From an uncultured Candidatus Saccharibacteria bacterium (GTDB taxonomy: Bacteria; Patescibacteriota; Saccharimonadia; Saccharimonadales; CAIOMD01): a stretch of 25,364 nt of DNA. A program made the translations under genes and the position numbers. The stretch lies in assembly GCA_964415715.1 (NCBI GenBank), contig CAYQBK010000044.1:1-25364 (forward strand). The letters are read 5' to 3'. Under the pieces are notes generated by a model that made no database searches, was not told the DNA's origin, and was given only the letters and a program-made list of their open reading frames with translations. Position 1 is the stretch's first letter; each line of letters begins with the position of its first letter. This document shows positions 16,391 through 25,364 of this stretch, piece by piece.

Positions 16391-18025
16391 CTAGTATAAC
16401 TCTATATCACGGCGGTTATAACGCCAAACACCCAAAATACATAGCACGACTGATATAGCAATAAATACCCAAAATATGGGCCACTTCACAGCAATAGCTG
16501 GAGCTATAGCTATGTGATGTAGCAGTGAAGTGTCTAATATCCAATGATTCAAATTTAATATTGAGCCTACAATCTCAAGGATAAATGACCAACCTATAAC
16601 ACTATACAAAACAACGCTAGTATATCTTGGTATGAAGCCGAGTGCGAATATGCCAATACCAACTAACAATATAGGAATAGCTACCAAATTTATCACTGAA
16701 CTAATATATTGCCAGCTATCAATAGAAATATTTTGGCTTTTTGTACCTATTAGGCTACCCAAATATATAGCAAGACAAGCTATAAATACACCAATGATAA
16801 TATACAAGGTTTTTACGTTTATGATCGTCAACCTGGCCACTGGCCTAACCAACAAATTGTCAAGATAACCCCTAGCTTCGTCATCGCGAAATTTATTTAT
16901 CTGGCTTGCCACCATAAACATCAAAACAACCATCATTTCTAAAAATATCATACCTAGCATGAGATTTGTTGCATTAGGAGCCCCACTATTAGTTATTTTT
17001 CCTATCTGTTTTTGGATGCCTCCCGACTGACCAATAGCATCCCCAGAAGCTGCCAAAAAAGTGCCAAACGCAATATTGGCAATAAAAAAACCAACCACCC
17101 ATATAGCTAAGCTACTAAAATGCGTACGAGCTATGAATTTTTTTGTATTACCGAGTAACCAATAGTGAGATTTGTATTTTGATTTTTCGCTAACCAAACT
17201 TCCACCATAGTCACGCCGACTAGCAATGAACAGCGAAGCTGCGATCATGAGAAACACCAAGCTCAGTATTGGCAATAGCCAAAAGTAATTTTCAGTAGTT
17301 AGTGGACGAAGTTTTTCTACCCAGCCAAGTGGGCTAAGGCTAGCCAGCCAAGAAGCTTTGTCCGAAATATCACCCAAAGCTCGCAACATAAAACTCAACC
17401 CAAAGAATACCCCAGCCACCCGTAATGCTGTTGACCTAGTTGAGAATATCTGTGAGGTGAACGAACCTACAGATGCGAATAACCAGAATATTAATACCAA
17501 CACTAGTGACATAAACCCCACCCTAGCCACCGACCAATCCAAGCCCTTCAAATGACTAGTCAATATTGTCGCCGAAAAAACTGAACTGAACATTAGTAAG
17601 CTGAGTAGACCAAGAGCCAATAAAACCTGCCCTGTCGCACGTGCAATAGTCGTTTTACCGACTAGTAATAGTTCCCACCTATCTTGTTCTTCGTCACCCC
17701 TAAGTAAGCGAGTGCTGACAAACAAGGCCCAAACAGCCAATATCAAAGTTGCTGTTCCTATGGAGCGCCAAGCGACAAAGCCCTCGACCGTATTGAGCCT
17801 ATCAGGCTTGCCAACCAATGCATTTAATCCAGGATTACTACCAAGAGCAATCGCTGTTGCATTACGTGATTGCGCTGTCGGATATAGGTTAACATAGGCC
17901 GTCATTGACGAAACTATAAGTATTATCATGATTACGCTAACGATGATAAACTGAACTATATTACGACGCAACGTAAAAGCTAGAAAAACAAAATATGACC
18001 TCATGTTGTGGCTACTTTTTTCCAT
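16391..18025 (-). CDS. ABC-2 type exporter permease (fused double-module, antibiotic-exporter type)
   Basis: About 12 TM segments; RGDEEQDRWELLL, LSPLGW, RDDEARGYLDNLLVRPVAR, RYNRRDI. Confidence 0.85.
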   Translation of the reverse strand: MEKSSHNMRSYFVFLAFTLRRNIVQFIIVSVIMIILIVSSMTAYVNLYPTAQSRNATAIALGSNPGLNALVGKPDRLNTVEGFVAWRSIGTATLILAVWALFVSTRLLRGDEEQDRWELLLVGKTTIARATGQVLLALGLLSLLMFSSVFSATILTSHLKGLDWSVARVGFMSLVLVLIFWLFASVGSFTSQIFSTRSTALRVAGVFFGLSFMLRALGDISDKASWLASLSPLGWVEKLRPLTTENYFWLLPILSLVFLMIAASLFIASRRDYGGSLVSEKSKYKSHYWLLGNTKKFIARTHFSSLAIWVVGFFIANIAFGTFLAASGDAIGQSGGIQKQIGKITNSGAPNATNLMLGMIFLEMMVVLMFMVASQINKFRDDEARGYLDNLLVRPVARLTIINVKTLYIIIGVFIACLAIYLGSLIGTKSQNISIDSWQYISSVINLVAIPILLVGIGIFALGFIPRYTSVVLYSVIGWSFILEIVGSILNLNHWILDTSLLHHIAIAPAIAVKWPIFWVFIAISVVLCILGVWRYNRRDIELY

Positions 18026-18893
18026 AATGAGACAAAAATATTTCTTCGAGAGACAGCTCCTTGCAAGTAAATGATAGGGGGTGATGCTTGCTAATAATAC
18101 TTAGCAACTGATCAACAGGTCCAGTGATCTGGCAACTAATCTGGTGCTCAGCTACCTTTAGATCTCTCACGCCTGGTATATGTTCCAAGCTAGGTGGTTT
18201 TGAGGCAAATGTAGCAGTAATATTTAATGAGGTTAGGTGTCTCATAGAATCTAGCGTACCAACCTGAATCAACTCACCCAAACGAAGTATTGCCACTCTG
18301 TCACACAGTGCCTCTACCTCGCTCAGTATATGAGATGATAGAAATATAGTTTGACCATTTGACTTAGCCTCACCTATGCTTTGTCTAAAAGCCTGTTCCA
18401 TCAATGGATCAAGACCACTTGTAGGTTCATCCAATATGAGTATTTTTGATCTGGACATAAGGCCGGCAATCAGATTAAGTTTTTGTTTATTACCCTTTGA
18501 ATACGACCTAACCTTTTTGTTTACATCAAAATCAAACCTTTTTATTAGCTCGGCTTTGTATTTTTCATCAATATTGCCTTTTATGTTTCCTAGTAAATAC
18601 AGTGTTTCTGCCCCAGTTAAGTTTGGCCATAAGTTTGCTTCTCCAGGCACATATGACAAAAACTGATGAGCCTGAATCTTGTTTTTATGTGAATCGATAC
18701 CAAATATTTTTGAACTCCCTGCGGTTGGATTTATCAGACCGAGAATCAATCTGATAGTGGTCGTCTTACCAGCCCCGTTTGGCCCCAAATATCCAATCAC
18801 TTCACCCTGTTTGACTTCAAGACTTAAACCTTTTAAGGCAAAATTAGCACCGTATCTTTTTGTTAGATTTTCAATAACAATAGCATTATTCAT
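18012..18893 (-). CDS. ABC transporter ATP-binding protein
   Basis: Walker A GPNGAGKTT, signature YSKGNKQK, Walker B ILILDEPTSGLDP, H-loop SSH. Confidence 0.95.
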   Translation of the reverse strand: MNNAIVIENLTKRYGANFALKGLSLEVKQGEVIGYLGPNGAGKTTTIRLILGLINPTAGSSKIFGIDSHKNKIQAHQFLSYVPGEANLWPNLTGAETLYLLGNIKGNIDEKYKAELIKRFDFDVNKKVRSYSKGNKQKLNLIAGLMSRSKILILDEPTSGLDPLMEQAFRQSIGEAKSNGQTIFLSSHILSEVEALCDRVAILRLGELIQVGTLDSMRHLTSLNITATFASKPPSLEHIPGVRDLKVAEHQISCQITGPVDQLLSIISKHHPLSFTCKELSLEEIFLSHYGKK

Positions 18894-18990
18894 TGGTTAC
18901 ATTATGCCACATATTGCTCTACTTTTGATAAAACATATTGAAAATCCATGATCAAAAGTATAATAATACTTGTATACATAGGAGGATTTT

Positions 18991-21624
18991 ATGGCGGTAT
19001 CAATATGTGATATATGCAAGGTTAGGCCTGCTGCATACAGAGTAAAGATATCAAGCAATGGGCATATAAGTAATTTGCAAGTGTGTGAAATTGACTATGA
19101 GCGAATGCAAAGAAGCAATGCATTTTCAAGTATTTCAAGCTCATTTGACTCAAGCCAAAATAGTGGATACCAATCACATACCGCAGATGATATAACATCA
19201 CTACTCAATAGCAGTAGCAAAACCGCCATAACAGAAGCAGGTCAAATTGCACTTGAATTTAAACGAGATGAGATAGATACAGAGCACCTTCTATATTCGC
19301 TTGCAAATGATGATATTGTTCAAAATATTCTTAAACAATTTAAACTAAAACCAGACGACCTAAAAGGTTACATTGATGCCAATGCACCAAAAAACACTAA
19401 CCACCAAATCAGCCCTAGTAATATAGTACTATCACCAAGGCTAAAACAAGTTATTGAGCTTGCGCTCGATACAGCTCAAGACATGGGCCACGGTTATATT
19501 GGCCCTGAGCATTTACTTGTTGGGCTTACAGAAGAGTCAGAAGGGATGGCTGGAGAAATCCTAAAAAAATATGGCTTAACTAGCCAAAATATTCGTCAAC
19601 AGATAACAAAGCTTATCGGCAAGGGAGCAAAAAACGGCAAAATAAATGAACAATCTAACACTCCCCAGCTTGATAAATATTCACGAGACTTATCCAAAAT
19701 TGCCAGCAATGGAAAATTAGACCCAGTTATAGGCCGATCCAAAGAAATAGAAAGCACAATAGAAATACTTGCCCGCAGAACAAAAAATAACCCTGTTCTG
19801 ATAGGTGAGCCAGGCGTAGGTAAAACGGCTATTGTTGAAGGCCTCGCCCAAATGATAGTAAGTGGAAAAATTCCACAGATATTAGAAAACAAGCGAGTCG
19901 TTGAACTAAATCTAATCTCAATGATAGCTGGTTCAAAATACCGAGGAGAGTTTGAAGAAAGAATAAAAACAGTTATCGACGAAATAGTTGCCAATCAAGA
20001 AACACTAATAGTTTTTATTGATGAACTGCATACAGTTATTGGCGCTGGTCAAGGTGGTGAAGAAGGTGGAATGGATATTAGCAACATACTTAAACCTGCC
20101 CTGGCTCGTGGAGAACTTCATTTGATAGGAGCAACGACACTCAATGAATATCAGAAATATATTGAAAAAGACTCAGCACTTGAAAGACGATTTCAGCCAG
20201 TCTTTGTACCAGAACCAACCGAAGCACAGACTATTGAAATATTACGTGGCCTAAGAGATAAATATGAGGCACACCACAAAGTTAAAATTAGTGATGAAGC
20301 CATAGTGACAGCCGTAGATTTGTCGGACAGATATATAACAAATAGATTCTTACCAGACAAAGCTATCGACCTTATCGACCAAGCCGCTGCCCGAGTAAGA
20401 ATCAAAGCAGATACCTATACACAGGAAATCAAACAGCTCGATGACGAAATAAATATTCAAAAACGAGAGCACGAATCAGCCAGCACTCACAAAGAGTACG
20501 ATAAAGCCAAAAAACTAAAAAAGAAAATCGATGACCTAAACACCAAACGACAATCTATCGAAGATGAATGGCGCAAGCAAAAAAGTGTCACCAGCAAAGA
20601 AGTCAGCCCCGAAAGTGTAGCTCAAATAGTTAGTTCTATTACTGGAATACCCACTCAAGACCTAACAAAAGAAGAAAAGGAAAAATTGTTACAGCTCGAA
20701 GAAAGATTGCATGAGAGGGTGGTCGGCCAAGACCGAGCAATAGAAGCCGTCGCTGATGCAATCCGCTTAAATCGCGCAGGTTTGACTAGAACGAATCGAC
20801 CAATAGGTAGTTTTATGTTCCTAGGGCCTACTGGGGTAGGAAAAACTGAGTTAGCCAAAGCATTAGCCTGGCAAGTGTTTGGGGATGAATCTGCCCTGAC
20901 CAGAATAGATATGAGCGAATATATGGAAAAACATAATACCGCCCGACTTATTGGGGCTCCCCCTGGCTATGTTGGCTATGACGAAGGTGGGCAGTTAACT
21001 GAAAAAGTTCGCCGAAGACCCTATTGCGTTTTACTGCTAGATGAGCTAGAAAAAGCCCATCCAGATATTCAAAATATACTATTGCAAGTTTTAGATGATG
21101 GTCGCTTAACAGATGGAAAAGGCAGAGTTGTAGATTTTTCAAATACTATAATCATTGCAACATCAAACTTGGGCTCGAAAGAAATCCAGGATAATATCAT
21201 GTCAAAACCCGACAATGATGATAAATCATTAAAAAATATTATTATGCCAATACTGCACAATACTTTTCGGCCAGAATTTATCAACAGGTGGGATGAGATA
21301 ATAGTATTTAAGCCATTGTCGAAACAGCAGATAAAATCAATAGTTGGCATTCAGCTCAACAAAGTTCAGCAAATGGCTTTGGGCCAAAATATTGACCTAA
21401 TTATTGACGAAACTGTTTTAAATCATTTTGCAGACGTAGGCTACGACCCACATTCTGGAGCTAGAGAGCTAAATAGACGCATCCGAACTGAATTAGAAAA
21501 TAAATTAGCCAAGGAGCTACTATCTAGCCAAATAAGCCCAAACCAAACCTTGACAGCAAAATATGACAACAAAAACATATTTTTCGAAAACACAAAACAG
21601 AAAAGATCTACAAAAATAAAATAA
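18991..21624 (+). CDS. clpG: Hsp100 AAA+ chaperone, ClpG/ClpK-like (Zn-binding N1, Clp-repeat N2, two AAA modules)
   Basis: N-terminal C6-x2-C9...C32-x2-D35, Clp repeats (IDTEHLL, YIGPEHLL), GEPGVGKT, FIDELH, GPTGVGKT, LLDELE. No IGF/LGF ClpP-docking loop after TSNLGS. SD AGGAGG at 18980-85. Confidence 0.75.
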   Translation: MAVSICDICKVRPAAYRVKISSNGHISNLQVCEIDYERMQRSNAFSSISSSFDSSQNSGYQSHTADDITSLLNSSSKTAITEAGQIALEFKRDEIDTEHLLYSLANDDIVQNILKQFKLKPDDLKGYIDANAPKNTNHQISPSNIVLSPRLKQVIELALDTAQDMGHGYIGPEHLLVGLTEESEGMAGEILKKYGLTSQNIRQQITKLIGKGAKNGKINEQSNTPQLDKYSRDLSKIASNGKLDPVIGRSKEIESTIEILARRTKNNPVLIGEPGVGKTAIVEGLAQMIVSGKIPQILENKRVVELNLISMIAGSKYRGEFEERIKTVIDEIVANQETLIVFIDELHTVIGAGQGGEEGGMDISNILKPALARGELHLIGATTLNEYQKYIEKDSALERRFQPVFVPEPTEAQTIEILRGLRDKYEAHHKVKISDEAIVTAVDLSDRYITNRFLPDKAIDLIDQAAARVRIKADTYTQEIKQLDDEINIQKREHESASTHKEYDKAKKLKKKIDDLNTKRQSIEDEWRKQKSVTSKEVSPESVAQIVSSITGIPTQDLTKEEKEKLLQLEERLHERVVGQDRAIEAVADAIRLNRAGLTRTNRPIGSFMFLGPTGVGKTELAKALAWQVFGDESALTRIDMSEYMEKHNTARLIGAPPGYVGYDEGGQLTEKVRRRPYCVLLLDELEKAHPDIQNILLQVLDDGRLTDGKGRVVDFSNTIIIATSNLGSKEIQDNIMSKPDNDDKSLKNIIMPILHNTFRPEFINRWDEIIVFKPLSKQQIKSIVGIQLNKVQQMALGQNIDLIIDETVLNHFADVGYDPHSGARELNRRIRTELENKLAKELLSSQISPNQTLTAKYDNKNIFFENTKQKRSTKIK

Positions 21625-21663
21625 GCTGTTAATATATAAATATAAATTAAGCAAAGGAATATT

Positions 21664-21843
21664 ATGCAATTTTTTGGTGCCTTTATGTTACTCGTTCTTC
21701 CGTTATTTTTATTTGTCTGCATCCAAATTATTCGTCAGGGCGAATTTGGAAAAACTATTATTGGGCACATACTAGAGGCAATATTCATAGTCTTTGGCAT
21801 CTCGGCGATTGTAACGGCATTCTATTTACTATTTAGCTTATAA
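21664..21843 (+). CDS. Small two-TM membrane protein (59 aa)
   Basis: MQFFGAFMLLVLPLFLFVCIQIIRQGEFGKTIIGHILEAIFIVFGISAIVTAFYLLFSL*. AAGGAA just upstream; below the ORF-track cut-off. Confidence 0.55.
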   Translation: MQFFGAFMLLVLPLFLFVCIQIIRQGEFGKTIIGHILEAIFIVFGISAIVTAFYLLFSL

Positions 21844-21931
21844 CTTTTTTCAAAACTAAATAGATTTAGAGGCCCAAAACTATAACTGTCTTTTTGAGAC
21901 GATGAATTATACCCGACTTGTATATTAAGTT

Positions 21932-22723
21932 TTAACTTTTTAATAGGTCTTTAATAGAAAAGCCAGATAACATAGCGATGACTAATAACGTCAGCAGTAA
22001 CCCAAAGCTAGCACTGAATTTTTCATGCAAAAATAGTTGAGGATATACGGCAACTAGACTAAACAAAGAAGCAAGTCTGATTGTATTGGCAAAAACCAGG
22101 GTTTGCCTAATCGCAAGGCAAAATATCGCATAAATAAATGCTAGGGAATAAATTAAAAATGGTAAGACTAATAATCTACTTGTATCAAAATAAATAGCAA
22201 CTCTATCTAGTCCATAGATAAGCGTAGACCAGACTATTATACTCCCAACTAAAGCCTGCATGATGGACCAAGTAGAAATAAATATTTTGATAAATATGCT
22301 AGATGGCCATACTGTTGGGTTGAAAAAACTCGAACCTGTCTGCCTAACAATAACCAAACGACAAACAAACCATATAAGTAAAAGTATTGTATATATAAGA
22401 AATGCAGTCGGCCTAAAGAAATAATCATTAGTGCGAGTTATAAATTTGCCAATCTCATCTATAAATAAACCTAGCCCTATGCCTCCTGTTATACAAGCTA
22501 TTGCTTTCTTTGGCTTAACAGACAGGAGCAGATATAAAAATGACGTGGTGATAAATAATCCACCCCACAACATATGAGCAATATGCAAATGTCGGCCACC
22601 CAGTTGCGGATAGCCAGTAATCTCTAGAAATAATCTAGTCAGCAACACCGATGCTGCTGTAGTTATCGTAAAGACATCCAGTAAATGTAACCGATAATTT
22701 TTTAAATTTTTTGCTCTGCTCAA
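21932..22723 (-). CDS. Integral membrane protein
   Basis: RLFLEITGYPQLGGRHLHIAHMLWGG and GLGLFIDEIGKFITRTNDYF motifs; about 8 TM segments. Confidence 0.8.
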   Translation of the reverse strand: MSRAKNLKNYRLHLLDVFTITTAASVLLTRLFLEITGYPQLGGRHLHIAHMLWGGLFITTSFLYLLLSVKPKKAIACITGGIGLGLFIDEIGKFITRTNDYFFRPTAFLIYTILLLIWFVCRLVIVRQTGSSFFNPTVWPSSIFIKIFISTWSIMQALVGSIIVWSTLIYGLDRVAIYFDTSRLLVLPFLIYSLAFIYAIFCLAIRQTLVFANTIRLASLFSLVAVYPQLFLHEKFSASFGLLLTLLVIAMLSGFSIKDLLKS

Positions 22724-22880
22724 TTTGTTCCCTATTCAATATGATTATATATACTATAATAGTATATTGATAGCTAAATCATACAAATCAATTAAAAATA
22801 ATTATACAAACCAGTATGGCATTGTACACATTTAAAACGGAACTATTTATATATACAATCCACCAGCCAATTAATCACTC

Positions 22881-23567
22881 ATGATATACAATCTAATAAA
22901 TCTATTAATCACATTTGGCAGTATTGGGCTATTGCTAGCATTTAGCCCACTTTTAATAACTACTTCTGTAATAGTTGCTATCCGATCAAAGAACCCGATA
23001 TATAATATATTAGCAATAGCCTTAGGTGTCGCCACCCCATTTATATGTTTATTTTTAATAGCTAGTACTTCATTTGGCGCAACTCTACATTTTGACATCA
23101 AAAGCATAAATAAAACATTTACAACTGCACCAATAATACAATTTATTGTAGCCATAATGTTAATAGGTGTCGGAATCGTATATAAATACCCAAAAAACTC
23201 AATACATCACACAAAAGAGCCACACGCTACACCCAAAGAACTATATATATTTAGTAGTATTAGATCGTTATTTAGTGCAACCAATATATTTGCTGCATTA
23301 TTAGCATCAGAGGTGATACGAAATGACGAATACAGTTCCATAGCTGATATATTATTAGTAGTTTGGATAGTGCTAATTGGACTATTACCGTTTATAATTT
23401 TGTTGGGTTTAGTTGTTTTCCGAAGAAACGACCTGTCAAAACTTGAAAATAATCTAAAAAGACTAGATAACAAAAACTATAAACGAGTATTGGCAAATAT
23501 CTTAATAATTGTTGGCTTGATCCTAATCGCTAGTCTACTATTAAATACATTTCACACCAATAAATAG
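22881..23567 (+). CDS. GAP/Sap-like (lipid-addressing) family membrane protein
   Basis: Six TM segments with LysE-like layout (LLAFSP..., ATNIFAAL, LPFIILL). Confidence 0.55.
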   Translation: MIYNLINLLITFGSIGLLLAFSPLLITTSVIVAIRSKNPIYNILAIALGVATPFICLFLIASTSFGATLHFDIKSINKTFTTAPIIQFIVAIMLIGVGIVYKYPKNSIHHTKEPHATPKELYIFSSIRSLFSATNIFAALLASEVIRNDEYSSIADILLVVWIVLIGLLPFIILLGLVVFRRNDLSKLENNLKRLDNKNYKRVLANILIIVGLILIASLLLNTFHTNK

Positions 23568-23604
23568 TATGCATAAGCAATTTTAATATATAATGTAGAA
23601 GTAT

Positions 23605-25296
23605 ATGCAAGATAAACTAAAAATATCCTTGCCAATAATAAAAACTCTTAGAAACTACCACTCATCGTGGTTAAAAAGAGATTTTATAGCTGGTGCAACA
23701 GTGGCCGCTATTGCTATACCCCAAGCTATGGCCTATGCCCAACTTGCCGGGGTACAATTAGCAGCTGGATTGTATGCGGCGCTTATAGCTATGCTAGCAT
23801 TTGCCCTATTTACCACTTCACGCTATGTCACTGTTGGACCTGACGCAGCCATGGCTGCCTTGGCCGGGGCAACCGTAATACCACTTGCAGGTGGGTCTAT
23901 TGAAAGAACGGCAACTTTAGTAGCTATATTATCAATAATCATTGGGGTGTTGTGTCTTATTGCAGTGACTGTAAAATTTAGTTATATATCAGAATTTTTA
24001 TCCCGCCCGATCATGATCGGCTATATGGCTGGTTTGGCGTTGGTTATAATCACATCGCAAATACCAAAATTATTTGGAATTACTAGCCCACCATCACTGA
24101 CAAACTTTTTTGGATCTATCGTATACATATTGTCAAACCTAGGTCACTCATCAATGCTAACTGTTGTATTTAGCTCACTTCTCTTATTGTTGAGTTTTAG
24201 CTTGCAAAGAAAATTTAAAAAACTTCCTGTAGCAATAGTCATACTCATAGGTTCAACACTTGTGTCAATGATCTTTGGCCTAAAAGGTTTAGGTATAGCT
24301 GTGCTTGGTGATATACCAAGGGGGCTACCAGTACCGGAACTTCCTTCGATAAAACTGTATGATTTACAAAGTTTAGTAGTGCCAGCTATCGCAATAACAT
24401 TAATAGCCTATGCTAATACAATAACAATCGGTAAAAGTTTATTAGATAGAAAAAACAGTAACAATATTGATCCAAATCAAGAATTCATTGGTCTGGGGGT
24501 AGCGAATTTTGCCTCGGGTATATTTGGGGGCATTCCAGTCTCTGGAAGCGGCTCACGTTCTGCTGTAAACTATCAAAGTCGTGCTAAAAGCCAAGTGTCA
24601 CAGATATTTGGAGCAATCATCATTGGCATATCACTCGTTGCCCTAACACCATTTTTATCCAACCTGCCGGTAGCTGCCCTGGCTGTAATAATAATTGTTG
24701 CGGTTAGTAACTTGTTTAACTATAAAGAATTTAAACAATTATGGATAGCCTGGCAAAGTGAAGCATTCTTGGCAATAGCTACAATACTAGGCGTGACACT
24801 TCTTGGAATTATCCAGGGACTGTTATTGGCAGTATTTTTATCGATAATGAACTTGATCCGCAAAACAGCTTTTCCAAGTGACGCTGTACTTGGTGTAGCA
24901 AAAGATGGTGCCGTCAGGGATATATCGAGACCCCCCAAAACACACACTATTGATGGACTTATTATGTACCGATTTGATGCACCGCTATTTTTTGGAAATG
25001 CCAGCTACTTTCGAGAGAGAGTCATGTCACTAATATCTGCGTCTGACTCTACAGTAGAGTGGTTCTTATGGGATGCCGAAACTATCACGTCAATAGATTC
25101 TACAGCTGCAAAAATGCTTGTCAATCTCAAAAAAGAGCTCAAGAACAAAGGAGTGATTTTTGCCTTTGCTCGCATGAAGGGCAATGTTAGATCTGTTATT
25201 AGTCACAACCCCGAACTGTATAGAAGCCTTCAAAGCTCGCCACACTATACATCCATTGGCGAGGGTATCGAAGATTTCAAAAAAAGATATATGTAA
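23605..25296 (+). CDS. sulP: SulP/SLC26 inorganic anion transporter with STAS domain
   Basis: DFIAGATVAAIAIPQAMAYA, VGPDAA, NQEFIGLGVAN, GSGSRSAVN, YRFDAPLFFGNA, WDAETITSIDST. Confidence 0.95.
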   Translation: MQDKLKISLPIIKTLRNYHSSWLKRDFIAGATVAAIAIPQAMAYAQLAGVQLAAGLYAALIAMLAFALFTTSRYVTVGPDAAMAALAGATVIPLAGGSIERTATLVAILSIIIGVLCLIAVTVKFSYISEFLSRPIMIGYMAGLALVIITSQIPKLFGITSPPSLTNFFGSIVYILSNLGHSSMLTVVFSSLLLLLSFSLQRKFKKLPVAIVILIGSTLVSMIFGLKGLGIAVLGDIPRGLPVPELPSIKLYDLQSLVVPAIAITLIAYANTITIGKSLLDRKNSNNIDPNQEFIGLGVANFASGIFGGIPVSGSGSRSAVNYQSRAKSQVSQIFGAIIIGISLVALTPFLSNLPVAALAVIIIVAVSNLFNYKEFKQLWIAWQSEAFLAIATILGVTLLGIIQGLLLAVFLSIMNLIRKTAFPSDAVLGVAKDGAVRDISRPPKTHTIDGLIMYRFDAPLFFGNASYFRERVMSLISASDSTVEWFLWDAETITSIDSTAAKMLVNLKKELKNKGVIFAFARMKGNVRSVISHNPELYRSLQSSPHYTSIGEGIEDFKKRYM

Positions 25297-25364
25297 TTAA
25301 TCTTCATTGTGGAATATGATGATATTTGATGTTATATTTAAATATATTAAACAAGGAAGCTCAA

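Noticed and set aside
418-24947. Numerous 60-140 aa ORFs nested in or antisense to long genes
   Set aside because: They overlap well-supported CDSs, have no motifs and no start signals.
1-25364. CRISPR array, rRNA, IS transposase or phage structural genes
   Set aside because: No regularly spaced repeats, rRNA-like segments or matching protein motifs were seen.

Overview
A 25.4-kb window from a low-GC bacterium. The compact alanyl-tRNA synthetase, apparent leaderless promoters and gene mix suggest a CPR/Patescibacteria (Saccharibacteria-like) genome; this taxonomy is an inference. Positions 1-6.3 kb form an accessory island: a membrane protein, a HAD protein, a PLD-like protein, a large serine recombinase lacking its catalytic domain, and an operon of SET methyltransferase, two aspartoacylase-like peptidases and a TrpRS broken by one in-frame TAA. 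The recombinase-to-TrpRS part is bracketed by a direct repeat that lies inside recombinase 3' ends. The middle carries a Tim44-like protein, a Tag glycosylase, alaS, tandem tRNA-Gln(CUG) and tRNA-Gln(UUG) genes, two HD-domain hydrolases and two pseudogenes. The right half carries DUF6325/SHOCT, MetA, an ABC exporter, a ClpG/ClpK-like disaggregase, membrane proteins, a GAP-family protein and SulP. The top finding is absent from the ORF track: an 18-aa leader peptide (MLHIFNQQQQNITQVAVF, Gln run CAA-CAG-CAA-CAG) coupled to mutually exclusive antiterminator and terminator hairpins ending 1 nt before the two tRNA-Gln genes. This looks like a ribosome-stalling transcription attenuator controlling tRNA genes through their own codons.
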